From: an uncultured Burkholderiales bacterium
GTDB lineage: Bacteria > Pseudomonadota > Gammaproteobacteria > Burkholderiales > Eutrophovitaceae
DNA length: 64,000 bases
NCBI GenBank assembly: GCA_951812315.1
Contig: CATOSA010000036.1
Span: 1,237-65,236 of the forward strand
Reading direction: 5' to 3'
Shown here piece after piece: positions 51,843-63,458 of the stretch (the stretch's first letter is position 1; every line of letters begins with the position of its first letter). Both the position numbers and the translations under genes were made by a program. The notes under the pieces were generated by a model. The model was not told the origin of the DNA and ran no database searches. It saw nothing but the letters and a program-made list of their open reading frames with translations.

Positions 51843-53954
51843 TTGAACCTAACGCGGAAAACGATTCAGTACGGACGTCACCAACTCAGCATTGAGACAG
51901 GTGAGATTGCTCGCCAGGCGAGTGGTGCAGTATTGGTAACCATGGACGACACCGTCGTCCTCGTCACTGTCGTCGGAAAGAAAGAGGCCAGACCCGGGCA
52001 GGAGTTTTTCCCGCTGACCGTGGACTATCAGGAAAAAACCTATGCCGCGGGCAAAATTCCCGGCGGCTTCTTCAAACGGGAGGGCCGTCCGTCAGAAAAA
52101 GAGACGCTGACCTGCCGCCTGATTGATCGTCCGATCCGTCCGTTGTTCCCGGACGGCTTCTTCAATGAAATACAATTAATTTGTACGGTCGTATCGTCCA
52201 ACAACGAAATCGATTCCGATATTCCGGCAATGATCGGTGCGTCTGCCGCACTCGCAATATCGGGCATTCCGTTTGATGGTCCGATTGGCGCTGCGCGAGT
52301 CGGTTATATCAATGACGAGTACGTTCTTAATCCGACGCAAACCGAACTCGGCGAGACGAAACTCAACCTGGTCGTTGCGGGCACCAAGCAGGCCGTGCTG
52401 ATGGTCGAATCCGAAGCCGAGCAGTTGTCTGAAGACGTGATGCTCGGCGCAGTGGTCTACGGTCACGAGCAGATGCAGGCCGTCATCGACACCATCAACG
52501 AGATGGTCGAAGAAGTCGGCAAGCCACTGTGGGACTGGGTTGCTCCTGCCAAGGACACGGCCCTGGTTGACAGCGTGCGCGAGGTGGCAGAAGGCGCGAT
52601 TCGCGAGGCATATCAGATTACGCAGAAACAGGATCGCACGGCCAAAGTCAAAGAGGTGCGTGCCGATGTCATCTCCAAGCTCGTTCCGGAAGATGCCGAC
52701 AGCTCTGCGGCAAAAAGCGTTGAAGAGATCTTCGGCGATCTCGAGAAAGAAATTGTGCGTCGCCAGGTTCTGAATGGTGAGCCGCGCATTGACGGCCGTG
52801 ACACACGTACCGTCCGTCCAATCAGTATTCGCACTGGCCTTCTGCCGCGCGTTCACGGTTCGGCGTTGTTTACTCGTGGTGAAACCCAGGCCATGGTAAC
52901 TGCGACCCTGGGCACCGCTCGCGACGAACAAATCATCGATTCGATCCAGGGCGAGTACAAAGAGCACTTCATGCTCCACTACAATATGCCGCCTTACGCG
53001 ACAGGCGAGACCGGGCGTGTGGGTACGCCCAAACGTCGCGAAGTGGGCCATGGGCGATTGGCAAAGCGGACATTGCTCGCGGTACTGCCAGCACCCGAAG
53101 ATTTTGGTTACTCGCTGCGCGTCGTATCCGAAATCACCGAGTCCAATGGTTCCAGTTCGATGGCTTCGGTATGCGGCGGCTGTCTTGCGATGATGGATGC
53201 TGGCGTACCTTTAAAAGCCCATGTCGCGGGAATCGCGATGGGGCTGATCAAGGAAGGTAATCGTTTCGCAGTGCTCACCGATATCCTTGGTGACGAAGAT
53301 CATCTCGGCGACATGGACTTCAAGGTTGCCGGTAGTGAGAGCGGAATCACCGCGCTACAAATGGATATCAAGATTCAGGGCATCACCAAGGAGATTATGC
53401 ATCTCGCGCTGCAGCAAGCGCGTGAAGCACGTCTGCATATTCTCAAGCAAATGCACGATGCACTCGATTCGCCCCGCACGGAATTGTCAGCATTCGCACC
53501 GCGCATGATTCAGCTGAAGATCAAACCTGAGAAGATCCGCGATGTAATCGGAAAAGGCGGCGCGGTCATTCGCGCAATCACTGAAGAAACCGGAACGACC
53601 ATCGATATTCAGGATGATGGCTCGGTGACGATCGCGTGCGTATCCTCGGAAGGTGGCGAAGCGGCCCAGAAGCGTATTGAGGAAATCACAGCCGAAGTCG
53701 AAGTCGGTCGGTTATATGACGGCGTCGTTCTGAAACTGCTTGATTTCGGCGCCATCGTGAGTGTGCTGCCCGGTAAGGATGGCTTGCTGCATATCTCGCA
53801 AATTGCGGAAGAGCGCGTGAAGGCGGTCAGTGACCATCTCAAGGAAGGCCAGCAAGTTCGTGTCAAAGTACTCGAGGCTGATGACAAAGGCCGGCTTCGC
53901 TTGAGCATGAAAGCGGTGAGCGCCGAAGAGCGCGCGGAGAAAGCAACAAATTAA
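51843..53954 (+). CDS. pnp: Polyribonucleotide nucleotidyltransferase
   Basis: [29 protein letters not shown] and S1 domains. Confidence 0.98.
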   Translation: MNLTRKTIQYGRHQLSIETGEIARQASGAVLVTMDDTVVLVTVVGKKEARPGQEFFPLTVDYQEKTYAAGKIPGGFFKREGRPSEKETLTCRLIDRPIRPLFPDGFFNEIQLICTVVSSNNEIDSDIPAMIGASAALAISGIPFDGPIGAARVGYINDEYVLNPTQTELGETKLNLVVAGTKQAVLMVESEAEQLSEDVMLGAVVYGHEQMQAVIDTINEMVEEVGKPLWDWVAPAKDTALVDSVREVAEGAIREAYQITQKQDRTAKVKEVRADVISKLVPEDADSSAAKSVEEIFGDLEKEIVRRQVLNGEPRIDGRDTRTVRPISIRTGLLPRVHGSALFTRGETQAMVTATLGTARDEQIIDSIQGEYKEHFMLHYNMPPYATGETGRVGTPKRREVGHGRLAKRTLLAVLPAPEDFGYSLRVVSEITESNGSSSMASVCGGCLAMMDAGVPLKAHVAGIAMGLIKEGNRFAVLTDILGDEDHLGDMDFKVAGSESGITALQMDIKIQGITKEIMHLALQQAREARLHILKQMHDALDSPRTELSAFAPRMIQLKIKPEKIRDVIGKGGAVIRAITEETGTTIDIQDDGSVTIACVSSEGGEAAQKRIEEITAEVEVGRLYDGVVLKLLDFGAIVSVLPGKDGLLHISQIAEERVKAVSDHLKEGQQVRVKVLEADDKGRLRLSMKAVSAEERAEKATN

Positions 53955-54025
53955 CTTGCATCTGGCAGCATCGTTATCGCCTGGCTGAACGGGCGGACAA
54001 AGGGAAAGCCCGCAATCAAGCGAAA

Positions 54026-55312
54026 GAGACTGTGTAAATAGTCTGGGGTTTTTGAGAAAATACCCGCACATTGTTGCGGGTATTTTTTTATGCACATTCA
54101 GGGACAAAGCCGGGATCAGGCGACGCTATTTCCGGAGCGGCTCGATGATCTGATAGGCCAGGACAATGCAGTCCGGGTGATCGACGCGTTTGTTGATACG
54201 CTAGATTTGAATGCACTTGGTTTTGCCCGCATGCAGCTTCAGGCCACGGGCCGGCCACCGTACCACCCGGGTGATGTGTTAAAGCCGTATTTGTACGGCT
54301 ATATGCACCGAGTACGCAGCTCACGGTGTCTTGAGCGCGAGTGCCGGAAGAACCTCGAGGTGCTGTGGTTGCTGAACCGGCTGGCGCCAGATCACAAGAC
54401 CATTGCCAACTTCCGGGTGGACAACCGTGTGGCCCTGACGCGCGTGTGTCGGGCGTTCGTGCAGTTTTGCCGCTCGCAAGCGCTGTATGGCGGCGAGCAA
54501 ATCGCGGTTGATGGCAGCAAGTTCAGGGCGGACAACAGCCGCAGCCGAGTCACACACAAGAAAGATCTGCAACAGCGAGTCAGCGGCCTGGATCGCAGGA
54601 TCGGAGCGTGGCTCGATGCGCTCGAAGACAATGAGGACAATGATGACCAAGGGCCCAACGGCGGCGACACCCAAGGCGCTCTTGGCGCACTCAGGGCCGA
54701 GCGCGAGACCTTAACCGAACGCATCCGGGCGATGGACGATGCGCAAGTCTCGGCGCAGCCCGATACGGACGAGCAGGCGCGGGTGATGCCCCGCGCACAT
54801 ATTGGCTACAACGTACAAAGCACGGTCGATGGCAAGCACCGCCTGATCGTGGATGTGGACGTGGTACAAAATGCCAATGATTTGCAGCAGTTGTATCGCA
54901 TGGCGCGACGCAGCCAACGCCAACTGCAGCGCGATCGGGTGCAGGTACTGGCCGATGCAGGCTATTCCAATGGTCAGCTGCTAAAGCGCTGCCAGGCCCC
55001 CTATGTGCCGGTACAGCGCGCCACGAACAACCAAGGCGATGGCTGTACACCAGTGAGGCGTGCACGAACTGTCACATCAAGGCGCGGTGTACGGCCGCTA
55101 AGCAGCGCTGGGTGACGCGCCACTTCGAGGAAGACGTGCTTAACGAGGTCGCCGATCGCACCGCGGCCAATCCACTCATGATGCAACGGCGCAAAGGCAT
55201 GGTGGAACACCCATTTGGCACGCTCAAGCGGCGTATGGACGGCGGGCGTTTCCTGGTAAGAGGCATACAGAAGGTCAAAACCGAGATGGCCTCCGGGTTT
55301 TTACACAGCCTC
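54026..55312 (+). mobile_element. IS1182-family element, copy 2 (1287 bp, two internal deletions, transposase pseudogene)
   Basis: Near-identical to copy 1 with the same IRs; lacks IS110; 112- and 119-bp deletions. Confidence 0.92.
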
Positions 55313-55437
55313 AACATTGCGGGCTTTTTTGTTCGAGACGATTCTGTATCTTGCGGCCCTGGATATGACATGGCACCAGCTGTCGGCCATTTTGCGTTGG
55401 GTATAATCGACGCGCCAACTTAATAGTGGAACGCTAA

Positions 55438-57129
55438 ATGACAAACAACAAATCCAGTCGAAGCGGTGGTCGCGTACTTGTCGACCAGCTCAAGATTCAC
55501 GGCGTCGAAACTGCGTTCTGCGTACCGGGTGAAAGTTATCTCGACGTCATCGATTCGCTTTACGATCATCGCGAATCGATCAAGCTGGTCGTCTGTCGCC
55601 AGGAGGGTGGTGCGGCTTTCATGGCCGAGGCCTACGGCAAGTGCACCGGCAAACCGGGAATTTGCATGGTCACCCGTGGGCCAGGGGCCACGAATGCCAG
55701 TATTGGCGTTCACACGGCATATCAGGACTCCAGCCCGATGATTCTTCTTGTCGGTCAAGTCAGCCGCGACATGATCGAACGTGAAGCGTTTCAGGAAGTC
55801 GACTTTCGCAGGATGTTTGGGCAGATGACAAAATGGGTCGCGCAAATAGATGATGCCCGCAGGATTCCGGAATACATGAGTCACGCGTTTCATCTCGCTG
55901 TGTCGGGACGGCCCGGCCCGGTGGTACTCGCTCTGCCTGAAGACATGCTCGTATCGGAAGTTGATGTCGCAGACGCCGCACCATATCGAACGGTCAAACC
56001 GAGCCCCTCTGCAGACGCTCTGGATCAGTTGCGCGGTATGCTCGAAACGGCGCAGCGTCCGTTGGTGTTACTGGGTGGCGGAGACTGGTCAGAAAAAGCG
56101 TGTGATGATATTCGCGGCTTTATCGAGGCGAATAATCTCCCGGTGGGGTGCACATTTCGCAGGCAGGACCTGATTGATAACCGCCACCCCAATTATTGCG
56201 GTGACGTTGGCATTGGTCTCAATCCGCTGCTCGCCAAACGCATAAAGGCTGCGGACCTGATCGTTGCAATTGGACCGCGCCTTGGCGAGATGACCACCGG
56301 TGGATACACCATGTTCGAAATTCCCCGACCGGGCAAAGCGTTGGTTCACGTTCATCCCGGCGTCGATGAACTTGGCAGGGTCTATCAGGCGGACTTGATG
56401 ATCAATTCCGGAATGGGTGAATTCGCCCACACCGCCTCAGTGATGCCGGCGGTGGATTCATCGGCTTGGCGTGACTGGACGCATCAGGCGCACGAGGATT
56501 ACCTGAAGAACATCGAGCCGCAGGCATCGCAAGGCAAGGTTGATCTCGCGCAAGTAATGATGGAGTTGCGCAAACAACTGCCGGCTGATGCGATCATGAC
56601 CACGGGCGCTGGCAACTACACAGGTTGGGTACAGCGTTACTGGCAGTACGCTGCAATACGCAGTCAACTCGGACCGACCAATGGTGCGATGGGGTATGGA
56701 GTGCCGTCGGCTGTTGCCGCAAAACTGGCATTTCCGCAACGCACCGTGGCAAGCTTTTCAGGAGATGGCTGTTTCTTGATGAATGGCCAGGAATTGGCGA
56801 CCGCGGCACAGTACGATCTGAAGATACTGTTCTTCGTGATCAACAACGGTATGTACGGGACCATCCGTATGCATCAGGAAAGAGAATATCCGGCGCGTGT
56901 ACATGGCACGGACTTGCGCAATCCGGATTTTGCAGGACTCGCCGCAGCCTACGGAATTCACAGCGCAACTGTTGAGCGCAGCGATGAATTTCCCCAAGTA
57001 TTGGCGGATGCGATTGCGCAACAGGGGCCGGCACTGATAGAAATTCGCACCGACCCGAACGTGATAACAACGCGAGGCACGCTCAGCGCAATGCGTGAAA
57101 ATGCGCGCAAGTCGCAAGGACAGAACTGA
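55438..57129 (+). CDS. Thiamine pyrophosphate-binding protein (acetolactate synthase-like)
   Basis: CVPGESY, CRQEGGA, TRGPGATN, GDGCFLMN...NN. Confidence 0.9.
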   Translation: MTNNKSSRSGGRVLVDQLKIHGVETAFCVPGESYLDVIDSLYDHRESIKLVVCRQEGGAAFMAEAYGKCTGKPGICMVTRGPGATNASIGVHTAYQDSSPMILLVGQVSRDMIEREAFQEVDFRRMFGQMTKWVAQIDDARRIPEYMSHAFHLAVSGRPGPVVLALPEDMLVSEVDVADAAPYRTVKPSPSADALDQLRGMLETAQRPLVLLGGGDWSEKACDDIRGFIEANNLPVGCTFRRQDLIDNRHPNYCGDVGIGLNPLLAKRIKAADLIVAIGPRLGEMTTGGYTMFEIPRPGKALVHVHPGVDELGRVYQADLMINSGMGEFAHTASVMPAVDSSAWRDWTHQAHEDYLKNIEPQASQGKVDLAQVMMELRKQLPADAIMTTGAGNYTGWVQRYWQYAAIRSQLGPTNGAMGYGVPSAVAAKLAFPQRTVASFSGDGCFLMNGQELATAAQYDLKILFFVINNGMYGTIRMHQEREYPARVHGTDLRNPDFAGLAAAYGIHSATVERSDEFPQVLADAIAQQGPALIEIRTDPNVITTRGTLSAMRENARKSQGQN

Positions 57130-57325
57130 TGGGTGCTGACTGCTTGTCGGGATTGCCTGGCCGCTAGCCGCGCTCAGGTCCAAACGGCCAGGTCCAAACT
57201 GCCAGGTGAAAATTGGCCGCGGCCTGGTTCAATTTAGCCGCGCCGAGCTCCAAATTGGTCGTGTCGATTCAGCAACGGCACACTCATGCTGCCTCGCAAA
57301 GGCAAATGCGTTTGGGCGCTCTGCG

Positions 57326-58957
57326 CTAGAAACCTACGGCCTGGCCGTCACGGCGCGGCTCGGATGCTGCGGCATATCCGTTCTCCAGACGCATGATCAG
57401 CTGCGCCGCGCCGACCTCCTGACTACCGTTCGGCACCGCAACGACCTCATGCCCAAGATCTGAAAGGCCGGTCAATACTTCCTTGGAGTATCCCTGTTCA
57501 ACGAGCAAGGTATTGTCCGGCAGGACTTTCCAGCGCGGGGCATCGGCGGCTGCCTGGGGGTTTTGCAGGAAGTCAGCGGTACGCACCATCATTTGCACGT
57601 GGCCCTGTGCCTGCATATCCGCACCCATGACGCCGAAACTCATTAACGGGTCTGCACCACGCGTTACGAATCCGGGAATGATGGTGTGAAACGGGCGTTT
57701 GCCACCGTCCACGCAGTTCGGATGACCGGGCGTAAGGTTGAAGCCGTAAGCGCGGTTTTGCAGGCTAATGCCGGTTCCCGGAACGACCACGCCGGAGCCG
57801 AATCCAGAGTAGTTTGACTGAATGTACGAGACCATCATTCCGGAGGCGTCGGCGGCCGTCAGGTAAACCGTTTCGGAACCGGGTGGTTTTCCATGTGCGT
57901 AAATTTGGGCACGCTTGGGGTCGATCATCGACGCGCGTTCGCGAAGATAGTCGGAGTCCTGCAACCCGGACGCAGGCAGTTCCATCGACGCCGGATCGGC
58001 TACGTAGCGGTAGGTGTCAGCAAACGCGAGTTTCATAGCTTCGACTTGCAGATGTACGGCTGCGGCAGAGTCGGGTCGCATCGAGCCGAGATCGAAATGC
58101 TCGAGCATGCCCAGTGCCATCAGCGCTGCGATACCCTGTCCGTTGGGTGGGATCTCGTGCAACGTCAGTGAGCGGTAAGTTTGAGAAATCGGATCGACGA
58201 CGTCTGCCTGATGTGACGCGAGATCGTCCATCGTCATGGCGCCGCCATGCTCGGTGCTGCATGCCACGATTTTCTCTGCCAGTTCGCCACGATAGAAGGC
58301 ATCACCACGCGTGTCGGCAATTAGCCGCAATGATCGTGCATGATCAGGTGAGCGGAAGCGCTCGCCGGCGAGCGGCGCTCTTCCGTCAGGCATAAAAGTC
58401 TCGCTGAATCCAGGTCGATCCTGCAGGCGCGGCGCCTGGCCTTGCCATTGTTCAGCAATGACCGGTGAGACCAGAAATCCGTTCTGGGCGTATTCAATCG
58501 CTGGTTCGAACAGTTTCTCAAATGGCAATTTCCCGAACGAATCGGACAATGAAACCCAGGTTGATACAACCCCTGGCACCGTGACGCTTTCCCATCCTTC
58601 GGTCGGCATTTGTGTCCGGCCGGCAAATCTGGCCGGCGTCCACGCTCGCGGCGAGCGCCCGGACCCATTCAGACCATGCAGCTTATTGCCGTCCGATACG
58701 ATCGCAAACCCGTCGGAGCCGATACCATTCATCGTAGGTTCTACGACCGTGAGGGTAATAGCCGTCGCAACGATGGCGTCCGCCGCGTTGCCGCCGGCCA
58801 GAAGCATGCGCAAGCCAGCCTGCGCGGCGAGAGGTTGGGATGTCGCCACGGCGTTATTTGCGAGTACAGGGCTGCGACGCGACACGTATGGTAATTGCCA
58901 GTCGATCGATGAAGATTTGGTCAATGGAGATCTGCTTTTGGAGAGTTGGGATGGCAA
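57326..58957 (-). CDS. ggt: Gamma-glutamyltransferase family protein
   Basis: ATSQPLA, VVEPTMNGIGSD, nucleophile ETVYL, KRPFHTIIP. Confidence 0.9.
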   Translation of the reverse strand: MPSQLSKSRSPLTKSSSIDWQLPYVSRRSPVLANNAVATSQPLAAQAGLRMLLAGGNAADAIVATAITLTVVEPTMNGIGSDGFAIVSDGNKLHGLNGSGRSPRAWTPARFAGRTQMPTEGWESVTVPGVVSTWVSLSDSFGKLPFEKLFEPAIEYAQNGFLVSPVIAEQWQGQAPRLQDRPGFSETFMPDGRAPLAGERFRSPDHARSLRLIADTRGDAFYRGELAEKIVACSTEHGGAMTMDDLASHQADVVDPISQTYRSLTLHEIPPNGQGIAALMALGMLEHFDLGSMRPDSAAAVHLQVEAMKLAFADTYRYVADPASMELPASGLQDSDYLRERASMIDPKRAQIYAHGKPPGSETVYLTAADASGMMVSYIQSNYSGFGSGVVVPGTGISLQNRAYGFNLTPGHPNCVDGGKRPFHTIIPGFVTRGADPLMSFGVMGADMQAQGHVQMMVRTADFLQNPQAAADAPRWKVLPDNTLLVEQGYSKEVLTGLSDLGHEVVAVPNGSQEVGAAQLIMRLENGYAAASEPRRDGQAVGF

Positions 58958-59170
58958 TGAACTCTGACGTTGCCGACAGCATCATGCAGAGGACGGGAGT
59001 TTGCGTGATTAACGAGGGCGAGTTCAGTGCAGCAATGATTCGCCAGGCCAGTTATTCACCACAGGTGGTATTTTCTCTTTTAATGCGCTACTGGGCAATG
59101 GCTGGGCGTTGAACACGCGGACGCTCTTTCCGGCCTCCATCACCAGTGCCGAAATCGGTGGCCCGTCGTA

Positions 59171-59953
59171 CTAGCGATTGCAAACCGGAACGGCCATTGC
59201 GTGCATGGTTGCGCCGGAGAGAACGTTCTCGGCGAATGCGGCGAGGCCCAGCTGTTGCGGTTTGCTATTGGGTGGATAGTCGATGACAAATTCCCGAACG
59301 ACTTGTTCTCCGGGGGCAATTGTCACTGCATCACTGAGGGTGCGAACAACATGCTCGTGATACAGCTTTTTGCCGGCATTCTCACCAGCTTTGATTTCGC
59401 TGTGCAATCCGTTTTCGAATAATACGACGTACACTCGGGCGCTTTGCGCAGCACGATTGCTGATCTTCAGTGAAGCGCGCACAGATTTGGCACTTGTACT
59501 TTGTTCCAGGCTCATCTTGACTGGCGCGGGCTGACGGTTGACAGGTTGCAAGGTCTCGGCCAACCTGCCCGCCACCCACGGTCTGCGCAAGTCGCTGCCG
59601 TTGAAGACAAATTGCGGCGTATAGATGAAAGGCGCATTGTTGCGGTCTGCTACGGCTTGCTGTCGCTTTGAATATGCAGGCTGGGCGAATCGGTCAGTCC
59701 AACCAATGTAGTCCCAGTAATCGACGTGAAATGCAAGTGGAATAACCTGGCGCGCGTCAAAGCCGCGATCGCGTAGACTGTTCAGCCATCGATCGGCGGG
59801 CGGGCAGCTGTTACATCCTTCAGACGTATACAGTTCGAGTAGCGCAACGCGATGGTCGGTACTTTCCGCAACGCACGAGGCGGCGTGCGATATGCGGTCA
59901 AATCCGCTCAGTATCAACGTCAGGGTGGTGAGGGCGATCGCGTATCGGGTCAT
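59171..59953 (-). CDS. DUF1223 thioredoxin-like exported protein
   Basis: ELYTSEGCNSCPPAD, HVDYWDYIGW, YTPQ, GENAG. Confidence 0.88.
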   Translation of the reverse strand: MTRYAIALTTLTLILSGFDRISHAASCVAESTDHRVALLELYTSEGCNSCPPADRWLNSLRDRGFDARQVIPLAFHVDYWDYIGWTDRFAQPAYSKRQQAVADRNNAPFIYTPQFVFNGSDLRRPWVAGRLAETLQPVNRQPAPVKMSLEQSTSAKSVRASLKISNRAAQSARVYVVLFENGLHSEIKAGENAGKKLYHEHVVRTLSDAVTIAPGEQVVREFVIDYPPNSKPQQLGLAAFAENVLSGATMHAMAVPVCNR

Positions 59954-60171
59954 GGTTTGGTGTGACGGAGGGTTGGTCGGAGTTTGCTATGATTGCGCTT
60001 TGACACGCTCGTTGACACAGGTTGGACCCACATCAGGACGTCGTGGACACGCGTGGCGGTAGCTTCGTGAGTTCCTTCCCCAATTTGCTGATACGCAAGG
60101 ATGCCTCCAATGGATGCGACGCAACTGTTGGAGGGTATGGCGTCCGTGTATGCGCCTTGTTCGGGGCTTCT

Positions 60172-60807
60172 ATGACGCAGTATCTTAACGTTCATGCCAG
60201 GAATCCGCAGCTGCGCCTGATTCGCAAGGCGGCAGACATGCTTCGCTCGGGAGGCTTGATCGTCTATCCGACCGATTCGTGTTACGCACTTGGGTGCACG
60301 ATGGGTAACAAGGATGCACTGGATCGCTTGCGTCAAATTCGTCAGGTTGACGAACATCATCACTTCACGCTGGTATGCAGCGGGCTGTCCGATATTGCTC
60401 GCTACACCAATGTTGATAATGTCCAGTATCGTCTCCTACGCATGACAACGCCTGGAAGTTATGTATTCATTCTCAAAGCGAATCGGGGCGTTCCCAAGCG
60501 GGTACTCAATGGCCGACGCAAGACAATCGGGCTACGCGTACCGGATCATGCTGTTGTGTCGATGTTGCTTGAAGAGATCGGAGAGCCGATTCTAAGTTCG
60601 ACTCTGATCCTGCCGGGTGAAGAACTGCCGGCGCGCGATGTTGACGAAGTGCGGGATGAACTTCGCAATCAGGTAGATCTTGTGCTCGACAGCGGCTCCT
60701 GCGGCGTTGAGATGGCGACAGTAGTCGATCTGACCAGTGACGCGCCATCGATTGTGCGCGAGGGGAAGGGACCATTGCACCCATTTGGTCTCGGTGGAGC
60801 CGCCTGA
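60172..60807 (+). CDS. yciO: Sua5/YciO/YrdC family protein
   Basis: IVYPTDSCYALG, RKTIGLRVP; ATG 60172 preferred. Confidence 0.88.
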   Translation: MTQYLNVHARNPQLRLIRKAADMLRSGGLIVYPTDSCYALGCTMGNKDALDRLRQIRQVDEHHHFTLVCSGLSDIARYTNVDNVQYRLLRMTTPGSYVFILKANRGVPKRVLNGRRKTIGLRVPDHAVVSMLLEEIGEPILSSTLILPGEELPARDVDEVRDELRNQVDLVLDSGSCGVEMATVVDLTSDAPSIVREGKGPLHPFGLGGAA

Positions 60808-60810
60808 CCG

Positions 60811-61464
60811 GTGGACATCGCGAACCTTATTCAGCTCATTGCCCTGTATGCGATTCCCGGCATATTTGCTATTACGCTGCACGAGGCGGCGCATGGTTAT
60901 GCTGCCAGGCATTTTGGCGACCCCACTGCTTATCAGGCGGGCCGCATCAGTCTCAATCCGTTGCGCCACATCGACCCGATCGGAACCCTGCTAATTCCGG
61001 CCGTGGTGTTGTTTGCCAGTGGCGGCAAGTTTGCGTTCGGCTGGGCCAAACCAGTGCCAGTCAATTTCGCAAGGTTGCGTAATCCCAAGCGCGACATGTT
61101 CTGGGTCGCTGCCGCCGGGCCAGGTGCCAATTTATTCATGGCCGTACTTTGGACTTTGATTCTGAAATTTGTTGCGGGCCTGCCTGTTAACTACTTTACC
61201 GAGCCAGCTCTGCGCATGGCACAGGGTGGGATTATCATCAATATCGTACTCATGGTCCTGAATCTGGTTCCCTTGCCGCCGCTTGACGGTGGCCGCATTG
61301 CCGTCAGTTTGCTTCCGCAGCGGCTGGCATATCAGTTTTCGCGTCTGGAGCCTTACGGGATGATCATCTTGATGGTGCTCTTATTTACCGGCGCGCTTGG
61401 CGCCGTGATGATGCCGATGATGCGCGCAGCTTTTTCGGTATTAAGTTTCGTTTTCGGCATTTGA
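60811..61464 (+). CDS. Site-2 protease (M50) family
   Basis: HEAAH, AGPGAN, NLVPLPPLDG. Confidence 0.92.
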   Translation: MDIANLIQLIALYAIPGIFAITLHEAAHGYAARHFGDPTAYQAGRISLNPLRHIDPIGTLLIPAVVLFASGGKFAFGWAKPVPVNFARLRNPKRDMFWVAAAGPGANLFMAVLWTLILKFVAGLPVNYFTEPALRMAQGGIIINIVLMVLNLVPLPPLDGGRIAVSLLPQRLAYQFSRLEPYGMIILMVLLFTGALGAVMMPMMRAAFSVLSFVFGI

Positions 61465-61497
61465 CGGAGATCCGGTTTCTGATGGAGATTGAATTTG

Positions 61498-62700
61498 ATG
61501 TTTGACGACCGCGTGCTGTCCGGCATGCGACCCACCGGCGCATTGCACCTGGGGCACTATCACGGCGTGCTGAAGAACTGGATCAAACTTCAGCACGAAC
61601 ATCACTGTCTTTACTTCGTTGCCGACTGGCACGCGCTGACAACGCACTACGACACGCCGGAAATCATCGAAGACAACGTGTGGGATATGCTGATCGACTG
61701 GCTTGCAGCCGGTGTTGATCCTGCGCAGGCGACACTGTTTATACAGTCGCGTGTGCGTGAGCACGCGGAACTTCATTTGCTGATGTCGATGATTACGCCG
61801 CTGGGTTGGCTGGAAAGGGTGCCGACCTACAAGGATCAGCAAGAGAAGCTGTCAGAGAAGGACCTCTCCACATACGGATTTCTTGGTTACCCGCTGCTGC
61901 AGAGCGCTGATATTCTGATCTACAGGGCCAATCTGGTTCCTGTTGGTGACGATCAGGTACCGCATATCGAATTTACCCGTGAGATTGCGCGCCGCTTCAA
62001 TCATGTGTTCGGCCGTGATCCCGGATTCGAAGAAAAGGCCGAATCTGCGATAAAAAAACTTGGTGCCAAGCGCGGCAAACTTTATCGCGAACTTCGTACG
62101 CGCTACCAGGAGCAAGGCGATGACGAGGCGCTGGAATCCGCGCGCGCGTTACTTGAAGAGGCCGCGAATCTGTCGATGGGAGATCGCGAACGATTGTTTG
62201 GCTATCTCGAAGGGGGCGGCAAGATGATTCTTTCCGAGCCGCAGGCGCTATTGACCGAAGCCTCGCGCATGCCCGGCCTGGATGGTCACAAGATGTCCAA
62301 ATCGTATAACAATACGATTACGCTCCGTGAAGATTCGGCAAGCGTGAATCAAAAAATTCGCACCATGCCCACTGACCCGGCCCGGGTCAGGCGAACCGAT
62401 CCGGGCGACCCGGAAAAATGCCCTGTATGGCAATTTCACCTGGTCTATACCGACGACAAGACGCAGAAGTGGGCGGAGCAGGGCTGCAAAAGTGCCGGCA
62501 TCGGGTGCATAGAATGCAAACAGCCTGTTATTGAAGCGATACAAAAAGAATTGGCGCCAATCAATGAACGCGCACAAGCCTATCTGGACGATCCCACCCT
62601 GGTCAGGAACATCATTGCAGATGGCAACGACCGGGCACGCAAGATCGCAAAAGAGACCATGCGAGACGTTCGCGAGTCGATGGGGCTCGACTACAGCTAG
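61498..62700 (+). CDS. trpS: Tryptophanyl-tRNA synthetase
   Basis: SGMRPTGALHLGH, VPVGDDQ, KMSKS. Confidence 0.97.
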   Translation: MFDDRVLSGMRPTGALHLGHYHGVLKNWIKLQHEHHCLYFVADWHALTTHYDTPEIIEDNVWDMLIDWLAAGVDPAQATLFIQSRVREHAELHLLMSMITPLGWLERVPTYKDQQEKLSEKDLSTYGFLGYPLLQSADILIYRANLVPVGDDQVPHIEFTREIARRFNHVFGRDPGFEEKAESAIKKLGAKRGKLYRELRTRYQEQGDDEALESARALLEEAANLSMGDRERLFGYLEGGGKMILSEPQALLTEASRMPGLDGHKMSKSYNNTITLREDSASVNQKIRTMPTDPARVRRTDPGDPEKCPVWQFHLVYTDDKTQKWAEQGCKSAGIGCIECKQPVIEAIQKELAPINERAQAYLDDPTLVRNIIADGNDRARKIAKETMRDVRESMGLDYS

Positions 62701-62810
62701 ATTCATTGGGTAGTGCTTGTGACTACCGCGCTGGCGCGCTTAACCTGCCTGGGGCAGGATATTGGCTCCGGCATAACCTGAAGGCTAGTCTACGCCGCAA
62801 ACTGGTAGCG

Positions 62811-63257
62811 TCAGGCCTTCTGCCTCATCAAACGCTGTTGCTCACGTTGCCAGTCTTTTTCCTTTTGCACGTGGCGCTTGTCATGCTGTTTTTTGCCTTT
62901 GGCTAGACCGATATTCAGCTTGATGCGTCCGCGGCTGTAATGCAAATCAAGCGGCACCAGCGTGTAGCCGGCGCGTTCTACTTTGCCAACGAGTTTTTCT
63001 ATTTCTGCAGCATGCAGCAATAGTTTGCGGGTACGTACGGGATCGGCAGCGACGTGTGTTGACGCCGTGGACAACGGACTGATATGAGCGCCGATCAGGA
63101 ATAATTCGGCTTCCTTGACGACGACATAGGCCTCTTTCAACTGGGCGCGTCCCGCGCGAATTGCTTTGACTTCCCAGCCTTCGAGAGCGAGACCACCTTC
63201 GAATCGCTCCTCGATAAAGTAGTCGTGAAAAGCTTTCTTGTTCTGAATAATGCTCAT
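62811..63257 (-). CDS. smpB: SsrA-binding protein
   Basis: [25 protein letters not shown]. Confidence 0.97.
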   Translation of the reverse strand: MSIIQNKKAFHDYFIEERFEGGLALEGWEVKAIRAGRAQLKEAYVVVKEAELFLIGAHISPLSTASTHVAADPVRTRKLLLHAAEIEKLVGKVERAGYTLVPLDLHYSRGRIKLNIGLAKGKKQHDKRHVQKEKDWQREQQRLMRQKA

Positions 63258-63458
63258 TAGCGTCGTGGCCCGGAAAACTTCGCTATTCTATCGAAGACTA
63301 CGTAATTTCCAGAGCAATCACTGACTCCTTGCCCTGTGCAATAGTGCACCTGCCCGGAAACGGTCTGGTTCGCGGGATATCTGGACCGGTAAACGCCGGA
63401 TTTCGTTAATACAGATCCAGTCAGTGTTTTGATCGAGTATGCTTGAACAAATCCGTTT

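Noticed and set aside
57175-57260. Degenerate 14-bp tandem repeats (CAGGTCCAAACGGC, CAGGTCCAAACTGC, CAGGTGAAAATTGGC)
   Set aside because: Short, decaying and between convergent genes; most simply slippage, with no functional evidence.
61990-62230. Insertion in TrpRS as an intein or novel domain
   Set aside because: No intein terminal residues; ~400-aa TrpRS with this helical insert is common in Betaproteobacteria.
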